Part shown: piece after piece, positions 19,118-28,059 of the stretch
How positions within the stretch are numbered: the first letter of the stretch is position 1
Layout of the letters: every line of letters starts with the position of its first letter
Source: an uncultured Gammaproteobacteria bacterium
GTDB lineage: Bacteria; Patescibacteriota; Microgenomatia; UBA8517
DNA: 64,000 nucleotides
NCBI GenBank assembly: GCA_964494885.1
Contig: CAZBTH010000003.1
Coordinates: 5,983-69,982 of the forward strand
Direction: 5' to 3'
The notes under the pieces: generated by a model
What the model saw: the letters and a program-made list of their open reading frames with translations, nothing else
Databases searched by the model: none
What the model was told of the DNA's origin: nothing
Made by a program: the position numbers and the translations under genes

Positions 19118-19471
19118 ATGATATTAAAATTTACTGATTTAATAGCCTGGAAAGAGGCTCACAAATTAGTCCTTCTTACATACAAAGTATTGGAAACTTT
19201 TCCCAAAAAGGAAATTTTTGCCTTATGTGACCAAATTAGAAGATGTGTAGTCTCGATTGGTGCAAATATTGCAGAAGGATTTTCAAGACGAGGCAAAAAA
19301 GAGAAAACTCAGTTTTATTACATTTCCAAAGGTTCACTAACCGAATTAGAAAATCATTTCATAGTTGCCAGAGATGTTGGCTATATTGACAAAAAGGAAT
19401 TCGAAAAGGTACTTGGGCAAATGGATTTAGTCGGCCGCTTACTTACCGGTCTTATCCGCTCAGTCTCCTAA
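19118..19471 (+). CDS. Four-helix-bundle protein (TIGR02436 / 23S rRNA IVS-protein family)
   Basis: WKEAHKLVLLTYKV...QIRRCVVSIGANIAEGFSR...KGSLTELENHF is the canonical family signature. Confidence 0.8.
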   Translation: MILKFTDLIAWKEAHKLVLLTYKVLETFPKKEIFALCDQIRRCVVSIGANIAEGFSRRGKKEKTQFYYISKGSLTELENHFIVARDVGYIDKKEFEKVLGQMDLVGRLLTGLIRSVS

Positions 19472-19484
19472 TCCCGCGCCCTAT

Positions 19485-19611
19485 CTCTTCCCCATATACT
19501 ATATACCACATACTAGTTCCTCTAGTTCCAGGCCCCCCTCTTCCCTATATACGATATACTATATACAACATACTACTTTGCCCCAACATACAATATACGA
19601 TATACTAGTTT
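19485..19611. repeat. ATATAC heptamer arrays flanked by C-runs
   Basis: ccccATATACtATATACcacATACtag...ccctATATACgATATACtATATACaacATACtac...ATACaATATACgATATACtagtttATG. Confidence 0.8.
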
Positions 19612-20124
19612 ATGTCCCAAAATCCTCATGGTAAATCCAGTCAGATCATAAAGAGTTTTGAGGCTAAATTACTTAGTAAAAGGTCTTTTGTGGCCAAAGT
19701 TGTAGATTTCCTTACCTCGTACTTCGGAACAATAGGATTTCTTTTCGCAAACGCGGCTATTTACGGAATTTGGGTTTTGGGAAATTCAGGAAAAATTCCC
19801 GGATTCCCCCAGGTTGACCCCTACCCCTACTCTTTCATGAATTCTTTCGTTTCAATAGAGGCGATCATTTTGTCCGTAATAGTTCTGATGAGTCAAAACC
19901 GGGAAAACCAGCGTGATATTTTACGAAACGAACTAGGACTACAGGTTGAGCTAATTTCAGAAAAAGAAATCACCAAAATACTTAAAATCCTCAAAGAAAT
20001 CCGCTCGGGAAAGAAGAATTCGGAACCCGACCAGGAGCTTGAGGAAATGACAAAAGAAATCGACGCAGGGTATATTGAAAGAAAACTGGAAAAAGAACTT
20101 ACGGAATCAGAAAAAATTACTTGA
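19612..20124 (+). CDS. DUF1003-family membrane protein
   Basis: Two TM helices plus DPYPY...SQNRQ-type conserved core. Paralog of 25477-26001. Confidence 0.65.
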   Translation: MSQNPHGKSSQIIKSFEAKLLSKRSFVAKVVDFLTSYFGTIGFLFANAAIYGIWVLGNSGKIPGFPQVDPYPYSFMNSFVSIEAIILSVIVLMSQNRENQRDILRNELGLQVELISEKEITKILKILKEIRSGKKNSEPDQELEEMTKEIDAGYIERKLEKELTESEKIT

Positions 20125-20275
20125 CATTGAACTTCTATAGGCTTAAACTTCCCTCAAAGTTTGCTGAAAACTTTAATAGATTCCCGCCTACGCGGGAATG
20201 ACAGTTGGGAATGTGCACTTTTACATCATAATTCAAATTCAATTTTCATTTCTTGACCCACGAAAGGAGGTTAAG

Positions 20276-21514
20276 ATGGATAACTATTTGAAAGCGTTTC
20301 CTGATACAAGTCCTGCAACAAAGCACCAACTGCGTCACCTTCTTTCACAAGTTGGTAATGTAGACGAAGTTTTGAGGAAGGCAACCGAAAACGGTGTACC
20401 ACCGAAGAGTTTGGTCCAATGGCTTGATAAAAGCATTCAGAGACAACAAAAATCCCCAAGCAATCAACCGGTTGTTGCAGCGACAGCACCGAGACGAGCC
20501 GGGGATCAATCTTCTGAACGAAAAGTGGAAGAGCCCGCAGAAGAAGCCGAGGATCCAGCAGAGGAAAAACCGGAATGGCGTGAACGATTGACGGGATGGC
20601 TCGGCCGTGGCAAGTCAGGTAAGAAAGCCAAAGCTGATCAAGTTCAAGCTGGCAATCGAGACAGCCAAAAAAATTCCGGCTTGGTTAAATGGATCGGAAT
20701 CGGAATTGTAATTGTAGCAGTTGGTCTGGCCGGCTGGCAGTTTATGAGGAACGGCATAGCCCTTCCCAGTTTCAGCGGTGACAGAACAGATTTCAATCTC
20801 TCTGGCGCGCCAAGTTTTATCATAACTCTACTGTTTGCCCCAACTATTCTTGTAGCCATAAACATTATCTCATTCGCCGAATCATTTTCCAGAAAAGAAA
20901 GATGGCTCCTTGACTGGTGGATCGCAATACTAACAGTTGTTGCTCTGGTTGAACGGGTCGCTATCGGCGAAAAGCTCTGGTTGTTCCTTTTGGGCGCATG
21001 CACCTTTGGAATGGCTGTAGCCATCTTTTTAAACGAATCTCAAGAACAAGGTGGTTGGTTCGATACAATCGACTTAACCCCGTTGGGGAACGCTGCCGGA
21101 ATGCTTTTGATCATACACGCCGCCAATTGGGCCGCCATTCCATATCCTACATATGTTCCAATCTGGATCGTGTGGATTGTTTTTGGCATTTCTATGATCA
21201 AGGAACTCGCACGAACATTTTGGCTTGGGATATTTGCAGTCGTAACTGGTGTAGCGGCAGCAATTACACTTAATATCTCGGTGATTTCTATCTGCCTCGC
21301 AGCATCGGTAATCGCGGTAACCTGGGGTTCACGTAAAGGATGGGTTCCAACGTCTCGGCACCGTAGCGATACCTCTGTTTTCTCGGGAAGTGGTCGAGAA
21401 CTTTCGATCATCATTCCCTATGACGTAGTCCTTGGGCAAGTTTATGCGTTCGCGTTAACAGCGTTTGCCCTGTACGGCAACTTTTTGGTTGCGACATTTA
21501 CAGGCGGGCAATAA
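20276..21514 (+). CDS. Polytopic membrane protein with a charged N-terminal cytoplasmic domain (island gene 1)
   Basis: AAAGGAGG SD 6 nt upstream of the ATG. Roughly 7 predicted TM helices. About 48% GC. Confidence 0.6.
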   Translation: MDNYLKAFPDTSPATKHQLRHLLSQVGNVDEVLRKATENGVPPKSLVQWLDKSIQRQQKSPSNQPVVAATAPRRAGDQSSERKVEEPAEEAEDPAEEKPEWRERLTGWLGRGKSGKKAKADQVQAGNRDSQKNSGLVKWIGIGIVIVAVGLAGWQFMRNGIALPSFSGDRTDFNLSGAPSFIITLLFAPTILVAINIISFAESFSRKERWLLDWWIAILTVVALVERVAIGEKLWLFLLGACTFGMAVAIFLNESQEQGGWFDTIDLTPLGNAAGMLLIIHAANWAAIPYPTYVPIWIVWIVFGISMIKELARTFWLGIFAVVTGVAAAITLNISVISICLAASVIAVTWGSRKGWVPTSRHRSDTSVFSGSGRELSIIIPYDVVLGQVYAFALTAFALYGNFLVATFTGGQ

Positions 21515-21608
21515 CAAATTTCGCATCAACCAAACCCCCCCGTGGGACGGATATTTCTTCAATTCAGAAGAAAAAATCATCTCACGGGGTACAAATCGGA
21601 GGTCCGAA

Positions 21609-21839
21609 ATGAAAAAATTGTTTGCGAAATTCAGTTCGTCAATGTCAACATCAAAATGGCGACCGACTATCCCAACCCAAACCAAAACAATTGGAAAGGT
21701 GTTTTTCGACTTTCTGATCCTGGCTATTGTGATGACATCAATTGTCGTTGGGATCTTTTCCAAGAATCTTATGATTCCGGCGATCGTACTCCTTGCTTTG
21801 TTTGTATTAAGTTTTTTTATCCAGCGAAAGCCCGGATAA
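21609..21839 (+). CDS. Small membrane protein, 76 aa (island gene 2)
   Basis: GGAGG SD upstream. Two hydrophobic helices. Confidence 0.5.
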   Translation: MKKLFAKFSSSMSTSKWRPTIPTQTKTIGKVFFDFLILAIVMTSIVVGIFSKNLMIPAIVLLALFVLSFFIQRKPG

Positions 21840-21849
21840 GGAGGAAGAA

Positions 21850-22743
21850 ATGTTAAAGAAGATCAAAATCAGTGAACGAGGAGATGGTCGGATAATATTC
21901 GTCCTCCTCCTCGCGATCGTGGTAATCGTTATTCTCCTGCTGTTCGGAGGGGGAGCCCAATTAGTGGCTATCAACTCTGTGTCGCGGCTCCTGGAGTGCC
22001 AAGACATGGGAATTCTGGGAGTAAGACTGCAAAATTCATACTCGCCCAAACAGGAGTATGCAATGGAGCACCAATTCCCTGATGACGTCGCTTCTGGGCA
22101 GGTTAGATACATAAGCATTCTGGGTGATGACATCACCATCCCCAAAGAAGGCTGGGGAGACATCTACGCAAGACGGGAAGACTTTTCCTATTGCGTCGAC
22201 GACCTAACCGACGACAAAAAGAAAAGGACTTGCATTGACAACTACTACGGCAATCCCGATGCCGGATTTGCCACAGTTGGCATTGGTGGAACCATTTGGA
22301 AACCCACAGATTATGGCCAACTGAGCGGGCAAAAAATGTACGTCAGCGTGGCATTCATCACCGGCCTGACGGATTTTGGGTTCCCTATCGGAGCAATCGT
22401 CATTAATGACGATTACAATCCGGACTTTTCACCCCAGGCGTATACCCCTGACTTTCAGGCCTCCCTCGCATGCAAGATGCTTGTTTGGGAAGGTACTGAT
22501 AAATCAGAGATCAATTGCAGGGACTTTGGATACTTGCCTTACACGAATAAAGTAATTCAAGGGCCCTCGATAATCAACGGAGCTGGATACTATATCGTCG
22601 AAGGGTGCTCTAATGGGATTTGGGTAAAACCGTATTCAGAAATGCAGCCGGGGGCTTTAGACGGCCTTTCCCAAAAAACGTTGGAATCGATTGTCGAGAT
22701 GTTCGGACAAATCACCGCTCCGGCTCCGGCTTCGACACCCTAA
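21850..22743 (+). CDS. Signal-anchored extracytoplasmic Cys-containing protein (island gene 3)
   Basis: AAGGAGG SD. N-terminal TM anchor followed by a soluble domain with several Cys. Confidence 0.6.
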   Translation: MLKKIKISERGDGRIIFVLLLAIVVIVILLLFGGGAQLVAINSVSRLLECQDMGILGVRLQNSYSPKQEYAMEHQFPDDVASGQVRYISILGDDITIPKEGWGDIYARREDFSYCVDDLTDDKKKRTCIDNYYGNPDAGFATVGIGGTIWKPTDYGQLSGQKMYVSVAFITGLTDFGFPIGAIVINDDYNPDFSPQAYTPDFQASLACKMLVWEGTDKSEINCRDFGYLPYTNKVIQGPSIINGAGYYIVEGCSNGIWVKPYSEMQPGALDGLSQKTLESIVEMFGQITAPAPASTP

Positions 22744-22765
22744 CCATTTCCTGGAGGACAATAAC

Positions 22766-23236
22766 ATGTCACAAAATTCGAGTCCAAAACCGGCCAACAA
22801 AAAGCCGATGTTTTTCGTCCTTGGTATCCTGGGAGCAATCGTCGGGATAGCCATTTTTGGAAGCGCAGCCGGAAGGTTTGTTGCATATTTGATCTGCGCC
22901 TTGTTCATTGGCGCGGTCGGCTATGTGACTTACAATTCTACCAAAGACGCCAAGTACTGGCTCGGCATACCTTTTGCCCTGACTTTCTTCGGCTTTGTCT
23001 TCGGAGCCTTTGAGGATGCTGCCAGATACGGAGCAAAAATCGGTGGCAGTTTTCAAGGCATCGCCTGGCTGCTACTCTGCCCTATTATCGCCATTGCCGT
23101 TGCCATAGGCAGCCGCTTGTATTCAAAGAAAAAGCCTGACATCGACGCAGGAATCAATGATACATTAAGGAATGTTGACACTGCGCTTGATAATGCAGCC
23201 GATGAATTGGGCAAACTGCTCAAATTGAAGAAGTGA
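22766..23236 (+). CDS. Membrane protein, 156 aa (island gene 4)
   Basis: GGAGG SD. About 4 TM helices. Confidence 0.55.
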   Translation: MSQNSSPKPANKKPMFFVLGILGAIVGIAIFGSAAGRFVAYLICALFIGAVGYVTYNSTKDAKYWLGIPFALTFFGFVFGAFEDAARYGAKIGGSFQGIAWLLLCPIIAIAVAIGSRLYSKKKPDIDAGINDTLRNVDTALDNAADELGKLLKLKK

Positions 23237-23250
23237 TACTTAAATCTTGA

Positions 23251-23295
23251 CCGCTCGTTGCGCTTTAATACAAAAAGCAACGGGCGGTTTTTTTT
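23251..23295 (+). terminator. Rho-independent terminator
   Basis: CCGCTCGTTGC ... GCAACGGGCGG stem followed by a run of 9 T. Confidence 0.8.
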
Positions 23296-23345
23296 GCCCA
23301 TCGAAGCTCGAAGAGCGAAGTTGGGTTTGGAGAAACCCGCCCCAC

Positions 23346-23374
23346 TTGACATACCATGTCTATAGGATTATACT
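23346..23374 (+). promoter_or_regulatory. Sigma70 promoter
   Basis: TTGACA-N17-TATACT, about 18 nt upstream of the ATG at 23392. Confidence 0.6.
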
Positions 23375-23391
23375 GCCGGCAAGTCAAAAAT

Positions 23392-24405
23392 ATGGCAAAA
23401 CCCGAGGAATCAGACAATAGCCAACAAGGTGAACTAGAAGGTGAACTAGTGATAGATGTCACCCCACTTAATCAAGCCGAAGAGGATTCGATTGAGGTGG
23501 CCAATCCTTCAAGAATGCGCAAATTGACTGGTGAGGAAATTAAATCACTAGGTCTTCCCGAAACAGTAGCCCCATTAATAACAAGCGCTGTCAGAAAATC
23601 AAAAAAAGGCCCAGACAAGCTCATCTATCTCCTTAGAACTGGTGAAGGAAGCGTTTTTGAAATGGATGAAAGGCATCCGATGGTCCAGGAAATGCAGATT
23701 AAGGCCGCCGGTGCTGCAATCGACACTTTTGAGACTGTAACCCCACTTCAAACGGCAAATGCGATCAAAAATGCAATTAGTCAATTTGGATATACTTTCG
23801 ATGGAGGGCCGCTTCAAGCTTGGGATTTTGCAATAAAAGCGATGGATAAGATGATCGAGTTCCAAAATAAACAATTACAAATTCATCAGATAAATGTGAT
23901 GCAAGCAGCAACAGTACAACTTCAATCGGACATAAGTCTTGGCCTCGCCGGATATTTGACTCTTCCACCGCTTAGAAAACGTGCAGCAGACATATTAATT
24001 CAACTAGGTCTTGCGGCCGCTGTTAAAAACTATTCTGGCCAAGACACTCTAGATGCGGCCGATAGACTTGGAAAAATAAACCTTCTTTTCGAACAGATGA
24101 CACAAGAGGCGGCCACTGCAAAAGCGCAGGGGAAGGCTGACCGGGCATATCTCGCTGCCGATAAGGCAAAAACATTTATCGGAGACATACTCGCACAAGG
24201 AAACGAAAGTACTATCGCCTTTTCTAAAACTTTGATTGGTTTTGTATTTGGAGACGACCATCAAGACGAAGGTGTGATAACGGCAACACTGAACAAAGCT
24301 GGGGAGTCGGGTCAAAAACTTCTTGCCCTTATACAAGGGTCGGGTCAGGGTATAAATGGTTTTTTCAAAAATTTGTTTAATAAAGGTGGAGGAGCACGAC
24401 CTTGA
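23392..24405 (+). CDS. Soluble alpha-helical hypothetical protein (island gene 5)
   Basis: ORF starts MAKPEESDN... The track start at 23356 lies inside the promoter. Confidence 0.55.
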   Translation: MAKPEESDNSQQGELEGELVIDVTPLNQAEEDSIEVANPSRMRKLTGEEIKSLGLPETVAPLITSAVRKSKKGPDKLIYLLRTGEGSVFEMDERHPMVQEMQIKAAGAAIDTFETVTPLQTANAIKNAISQFGYTFDGGPLQAWDFAIKAMDKMIEFQNKQLQIHQINVMQAATVQLQSDISLGLAGYLTLPPLRKRAADILIQLGLAAAVKNYSGQDTLDAADRLGKINLLFEQMTQEAATAKAQGKADRAYLAADKAKTFIGDILAQGNESTIAFSKTLIGFVFGDDHQDEGVITATLNKAGESGQKLLALIQGSGQGINGFFKNLFNKGGGARP

Positions 24406-24520
24406 CCGAAAAGGCCGAGATGGAAAATAACAGTCCCACTCTTGCAATCCCCTAATAATAATCCTACAATCCCCCTGCAACTTAACATTACCCTGAAAAG
24501 GGAATAAAAAGGAGAATCTT

Positions 24521-24955
24521 ATGAACGACCTGATTTGGTATTTGGTCTTATCAATTGCCGGTGCTGTAGGCTTTTTCATCGCGATCTTCATGCCTTTTTT
24601 GTGTGAGATCAAGAAAACAAGACTGGAGATGGAAAAGAAACGCGCGTTACGGGCGAAAAATCCGATTTCTTTCGGCCTCAATTATTTCTTTGACGAAAAC
24701 GACAGAATTGAGGCTGTCGTCACTGACATCGACTATGAAGCCGGAGAGTTATCTATCGACGTCACCTTGCATGTAGCAGGTGACGACACCATCCTAAGTG
24801 CCCCGAACGACAGTGATTTGAGCAATGTCAGACTGTCGGTAAGGCACGCAGACGGAATAGTCGAAGCGCTATCGTTTGACATTGCAAATGACAAACCTGT
24901 CGCCTTTGACGGATGGGACATTGTAATAGACGACGTTCTTGCCAAAACTGGCTAG
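24521..24955 (+). CDS. Membrane-anchored hypothetical protein (island gene 6)
   Basis: AAAAGGAG SD. N-terminal TM helix. Confidence 0.55.
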   Translation: MNDLIWYLVLSIAGAVGFFIAIFMPFLCEIKKTRLEMEKKRALRAKNPISFGLNYFFDENDRIEAVVTDIDYEAGELSIDVTLHVAGDDTILSAPNDSDLSNVRLSVRHADGIVEALSFDIANDKPVAFDGWDIVIDDVLAKTG

Positions 24956-24978
24956 GTCGTTTTCTTAAAGGAGACATT

Positions 24979-25362
24979 ATGCCATTCAAAACCTGGTCAG
25001 CTCTGATATTTTTGACGTTCGTGCTTGCAATATTTGTGATAACGCCGTTATGCTACGCTATCGGCGATAAAAAGGCCGAAACCGAACTATTGAACAGAGA
25101 GTTTACTGTTTTCGCCTCGGTTGTCAACAACACTGAAAAAACGCAAATCGGAACAATTCAGGCCAATTCGGTATCTGGAGTTTGGGAATTTGGATATATT
25201 GGGTATGTGTCTGGTCCAATCCAGCTTGACAACGGCTTTAATCTTACATCGGAACAGGGTGGTTACATTCTTACAAAAGAGAACGTTCCAAACAAGGTTT
25301 ATTTGACAGTCGGTACCGTAAAAGGATGGCAGATAGTTTACGCTAATCCAATTCTTCCATAG
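24979..25362 (+). CDS. Signal-anchored or secreted hypothetical protein (island gene 7)
   Basis: AAAGGAG SD. N-terminal hydrophobic signal MPFKTWSALIFLTFVLAIFVITPLCYA. Confidence 0.55.
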   Translation: MPFKTWSALIFLTFVLAIFVITPLCYAIGDKKAETELLNREFTVFASVVNNTEKTQIGTIQANSVSGVWEFGYIGYVSGPIQLDNGFNLTSEQGGYILTKENVPNKVYLTVGTVKGWQIVYANPILP

Positions 25363-25376
25363 GATGAAAGTCAACA

Positions 25377-25437
25377 AGAGCAGCGCTAAATCACCCAAAA
25401 GGTGAATCCTAACAAAGGACGCTGCTCTTTTTTTTGG
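25377..25437 (+). terminator. Rho-independent terminator with a long loop
   Basis: AGAGCAGCG ... CGCTGCTCT stem followed by a run of 9 T. Confidence 0.7.
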
Positions 25438-25476
25438 TTATTGCCAACCCCAAAAGCCCGGGACTACAATCCAAGT

Positions 25477-26001
25477 ATGCCGGGAGATCATGTAAAGTCC
25501 AGCCACCGCCTAATCCAAAGTTTTGAGGCAGACCAGCTCAAGAATCGTCCAAAATTCATACAAATTGCAGACCGATTAACTTTGTTGTTTGGGAGCATTA
25601 GTTTTTTTACTCTTAATGCCTTGCTTTTTATTGTTTGGATAGCAATCAATACAGGGTCCGTCCCACTTATACCGGTCTTTGACCCCTACCCTTTTATTCT
25701 TTTGACTATGTTTGTTTCGCTTGAGGCAATTTTTCTTTCCATAATCGTTCTTATGAGCCAAAACAGACAGGGGCACATTTTTACCCTCCGCGAGGAACTT
25801 GATATGCAGGTTAATCTCCTGGCAGAACGCGAAATAACTATGTCACTTAAAATTTTGAAGCTGATGGCAAACAAAATGGGAGTAAAAATTAAGGATAAAG
25901 AACTGGGCGAGATGGTTAAAGAAACCGATATTTCTTATATCCAAAGAGAAATACAGGAACAAATTCAGGAAAGAAAACGTCTTTCCAAAAATACAAAATA
26001 A
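25477..26001 (+). CDS. DUF1003-family membrane protein (paralog of 19612-20124)
   Basis: Aligns throughout with the 19612 ORF, including DPYPF...LMSQNRQ. The start at MPGDHV aligns with the paralog start. Confidence 0.65.
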   Translation: MPGDHVKSSHRLIQSFEADQLKNRPKFIQIADRLTLLFGSISFFTLNALLFIVWIAINTGSVPLIPVFDPYPFILLTMFVSLEAIFLSIIVLMSQNRQGHIFTLREELDMQVNLLAEREITMSLKILKLMANKMGVKIKDKELGEMVKETDISYIQREIQEQIQERKRLSKNTK

Positions 26002-26195
26002 AAACAATAAGCAAGTGTCCTTGCGAGGAGCAGTAAGCGACGCGGCAATCTATAACGGATGAGATTGCTTCGTATGACTCGCAATGACAAAAAGCATCAC
26101 ATTCGTTCGGGCGCTTTCCCCACGAGATTTTCGCTCTCGCCTTTAGGTATTATTCATACACGGCTCGTGCCAAAATCTGGCGGGGCTACACGCCC
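26002..26195. other. GC-rich structured ORF-free region with a 20-nt direct repeat that duplicates the ArgS C-terminal codons
   Basis: TCACATTCGTTCGGGCGCTT occurs at 26097-26116 and again at 26196-26215, where it forms the argS 3' end. Nested hairpins lie between the copies. Confidence 0.6.
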
Positions 26196-28025
26196 TCACA
26201 TTCGTTCGGGCGCTTGTATCCCAAGAAGTTGAAGGCCATTCTTAAGTATCTGCCCTGTTGCAGCTGTAAGCGTCACTCTGAATGCACTTATACTCTTCCA
26301 CTCTTCTGCTTTTCTACTCTCATCCTCCAAAATTCTAAATTTATTGTAAAAAGTATTATATTTCGAAGCCAAATCATATAAATAGTTACACAAAAGATTG
26401 GGTGAGTAAGTTTTGGCTGCAGTCGCTATTACCTCAGTAAATCGGGATAAAGCTCTTAGTAACGACAATTCTTCTTCAGTTTCCATTTTCCATTTGCCAT
26501 TTATCATTTCATTTGTAGATTTGCTTATTTGCTTATTTGTAGATTTAAGAAGTACGCTGTTGCATCGAGCAACTGTATATTGAAGATATGGGCCCGAGTT
26601 GCCTTCCAAAGACAGGGAACTTTCAAAATCGAACGCAATGTCCCCGCCTATCCCTTGCTTTAAAAATGCATATTTAACGGCTCCAAGGGCAACCTGTTCT
26701 GCAATTTCATCTTCCATATTGTGTGCATCAAGAAGTTTTTTCTTAGCTTCGTCCAAAACCCATTCCCCCCTAATAATTTTTCCGGTTCTTGAACTCATCT
26801 TTCCTTCGGGAAGACGGACCATCCCGTGCCCTATGTGTGTTGTAGCCTCGGCAAGATCCTTTTTGTACATAGATAGGGCTTTAAGGACAACGTCAAAATA
26901 GGCATCAATCTCGTTACCGGTCACGATAATCGATTTGTCATATGGAAAATCTTTGTATTTGGCAACAGCATTGCCGAAATCCTTGGCTTCGTATGTGGGC
27001 AAATTAAGGGCATTTATAAAAACCCTATTATGCAAACCGTATTTTTCTCCAGGAAAAATTACAGCGCCACGCTCACCCTTCTCAAAAATTCCTTTGGCCA
27101 AACCGTCCAAAACCATTCCATAGCCAAATTCTCCGGTTCTGCTTTCCGGATAATAGCCGTCAAACTTCATCCCAACCCTTTTATAAATTGATTCGAAATA
27201 TTCCAAACTCCATGCCCTACCAATTTCATAAATATTTTTGATTTCAGAATAAGAATACTTGCCGTCTTTTTTGATATATTGATCGTAGTTCACCTGTGGA
27301 GATTCGTTGAATTCCGGCAAAACCACTTCCTGTGCAGCCTTGAAAATTAAAAAGTTAAGCTCTTTCATATCTTCTACTGCTTTCGGATCTTCTTCAAAAG
27401 CAGTTGCACCTTTTGCGTATGCTTGTCCAAAATACTCGATTCTTTCTTTTAGAGGCTTTTCGGTAAGGTCTTTAATATCAACTTTGTCCTCTGAAAACTT
27501 AAACATTAAACCCCAAATCGCCTTGGCAGCATGCATGCCAACATCGCCAAAATAATCGGCTCGCCATACGTCTCCGCCAATCGCGCTTTGCAAGCGGCTA
27601 ATCGATTCACCAACCGTATTTGTATATAAGTGGCCTATATGAAACTCTTTGAATGGGTTGGGATCGGTATATTCAACAACTACTTTTTTACCCTTAAGAA
27701 AACCGCTCTTTCCATAACTTTCCCCTTCTTTCTGTATCTTCCCAAGCTCGTTGACAAGGGTCCCCCCTGTCAACCAAAAATTTATAAAACCCGGGCCGGC
27801 GACTTCAATTTTTTCAATAAATTTGGATAATTCGGGAGACTGGGATAGTTTGATTTTGATTTCTTCAGCCAATTCCCTTGGATTTTTGCCCTCGCTTTTT
27901 GCCATGATTAGCGCAATATTGCACGAGTAGTCGCCGAATGTTTCGTTTTCGGGAAATTCCAAGCTGATTTCCTTTGCTTTGGTTACAGCTTCTAAAGCCG
28001 TTAGTATTTTAGTTCTAGTTTCCAT
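26196..28025 (-). CDS. argS: Arginine--tRNA ligase
   Basis: HIGH-class motif region and KMSSRTG (the KMSKS-like motif). C-terminus ...LLGIQAPERM. The likely start is METRTKIL at 28025. Confidence 0.9.
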   Translation of the reverse strand: METRTKILTALEAVTKAKEISLEFPENETFGDYSCNIALIMAKSEGKNPRELAEEIKIKLSQSPELSKFIEKIEVAGPGFINFWLTGGTLVNELGKIQKEGESYGKSGFLKGKKVVVEYTDPNPFKEFHIGHLYTNTVGESISRLQSAIGGDVWRADYFGDVGMHAAKAIWGLMFKFSEDKVDIKDLTEKPLKERIEYFGQAYAKGATAFEEDPKAVEDMKELNFLIFKAAQEVVLPEFNESPQVNYDQYIKKDGKYSYSEIKNIYEIGRAWSLEYFESIYKRVGMKFDGYYPESRTGEFGYGMVLDGLAKGIFEKGERGAVIFPGEKYGLHNRVFINALNLPTYEAKDFGNAVAKYKDFPYDKSIIVTGNEIDAYFDVVLKALSMYKKDLAEATTHIGHGMVRLPEGKMSSRTGKIIRGEWVLDEAKKKLLDAHNMEDEIAEQVALGAVKYAFLKQGIGGDIAFDFESSLSLEGNSGPYLQYTVARCNSVLLKSTNKQISKSTNEMINGKWKMETEEELSLLRALSRFTEVIATAAKTYSPNLLCNYLYDLASKYNTFYNKFRILEDESRKAEEWKSISAFRVTLTAATGQILKNGLQLLGIQAPERM

Positions 28026-28059
28026 ATAAATTTTATAACTTTTATAATAGTTATAATTG

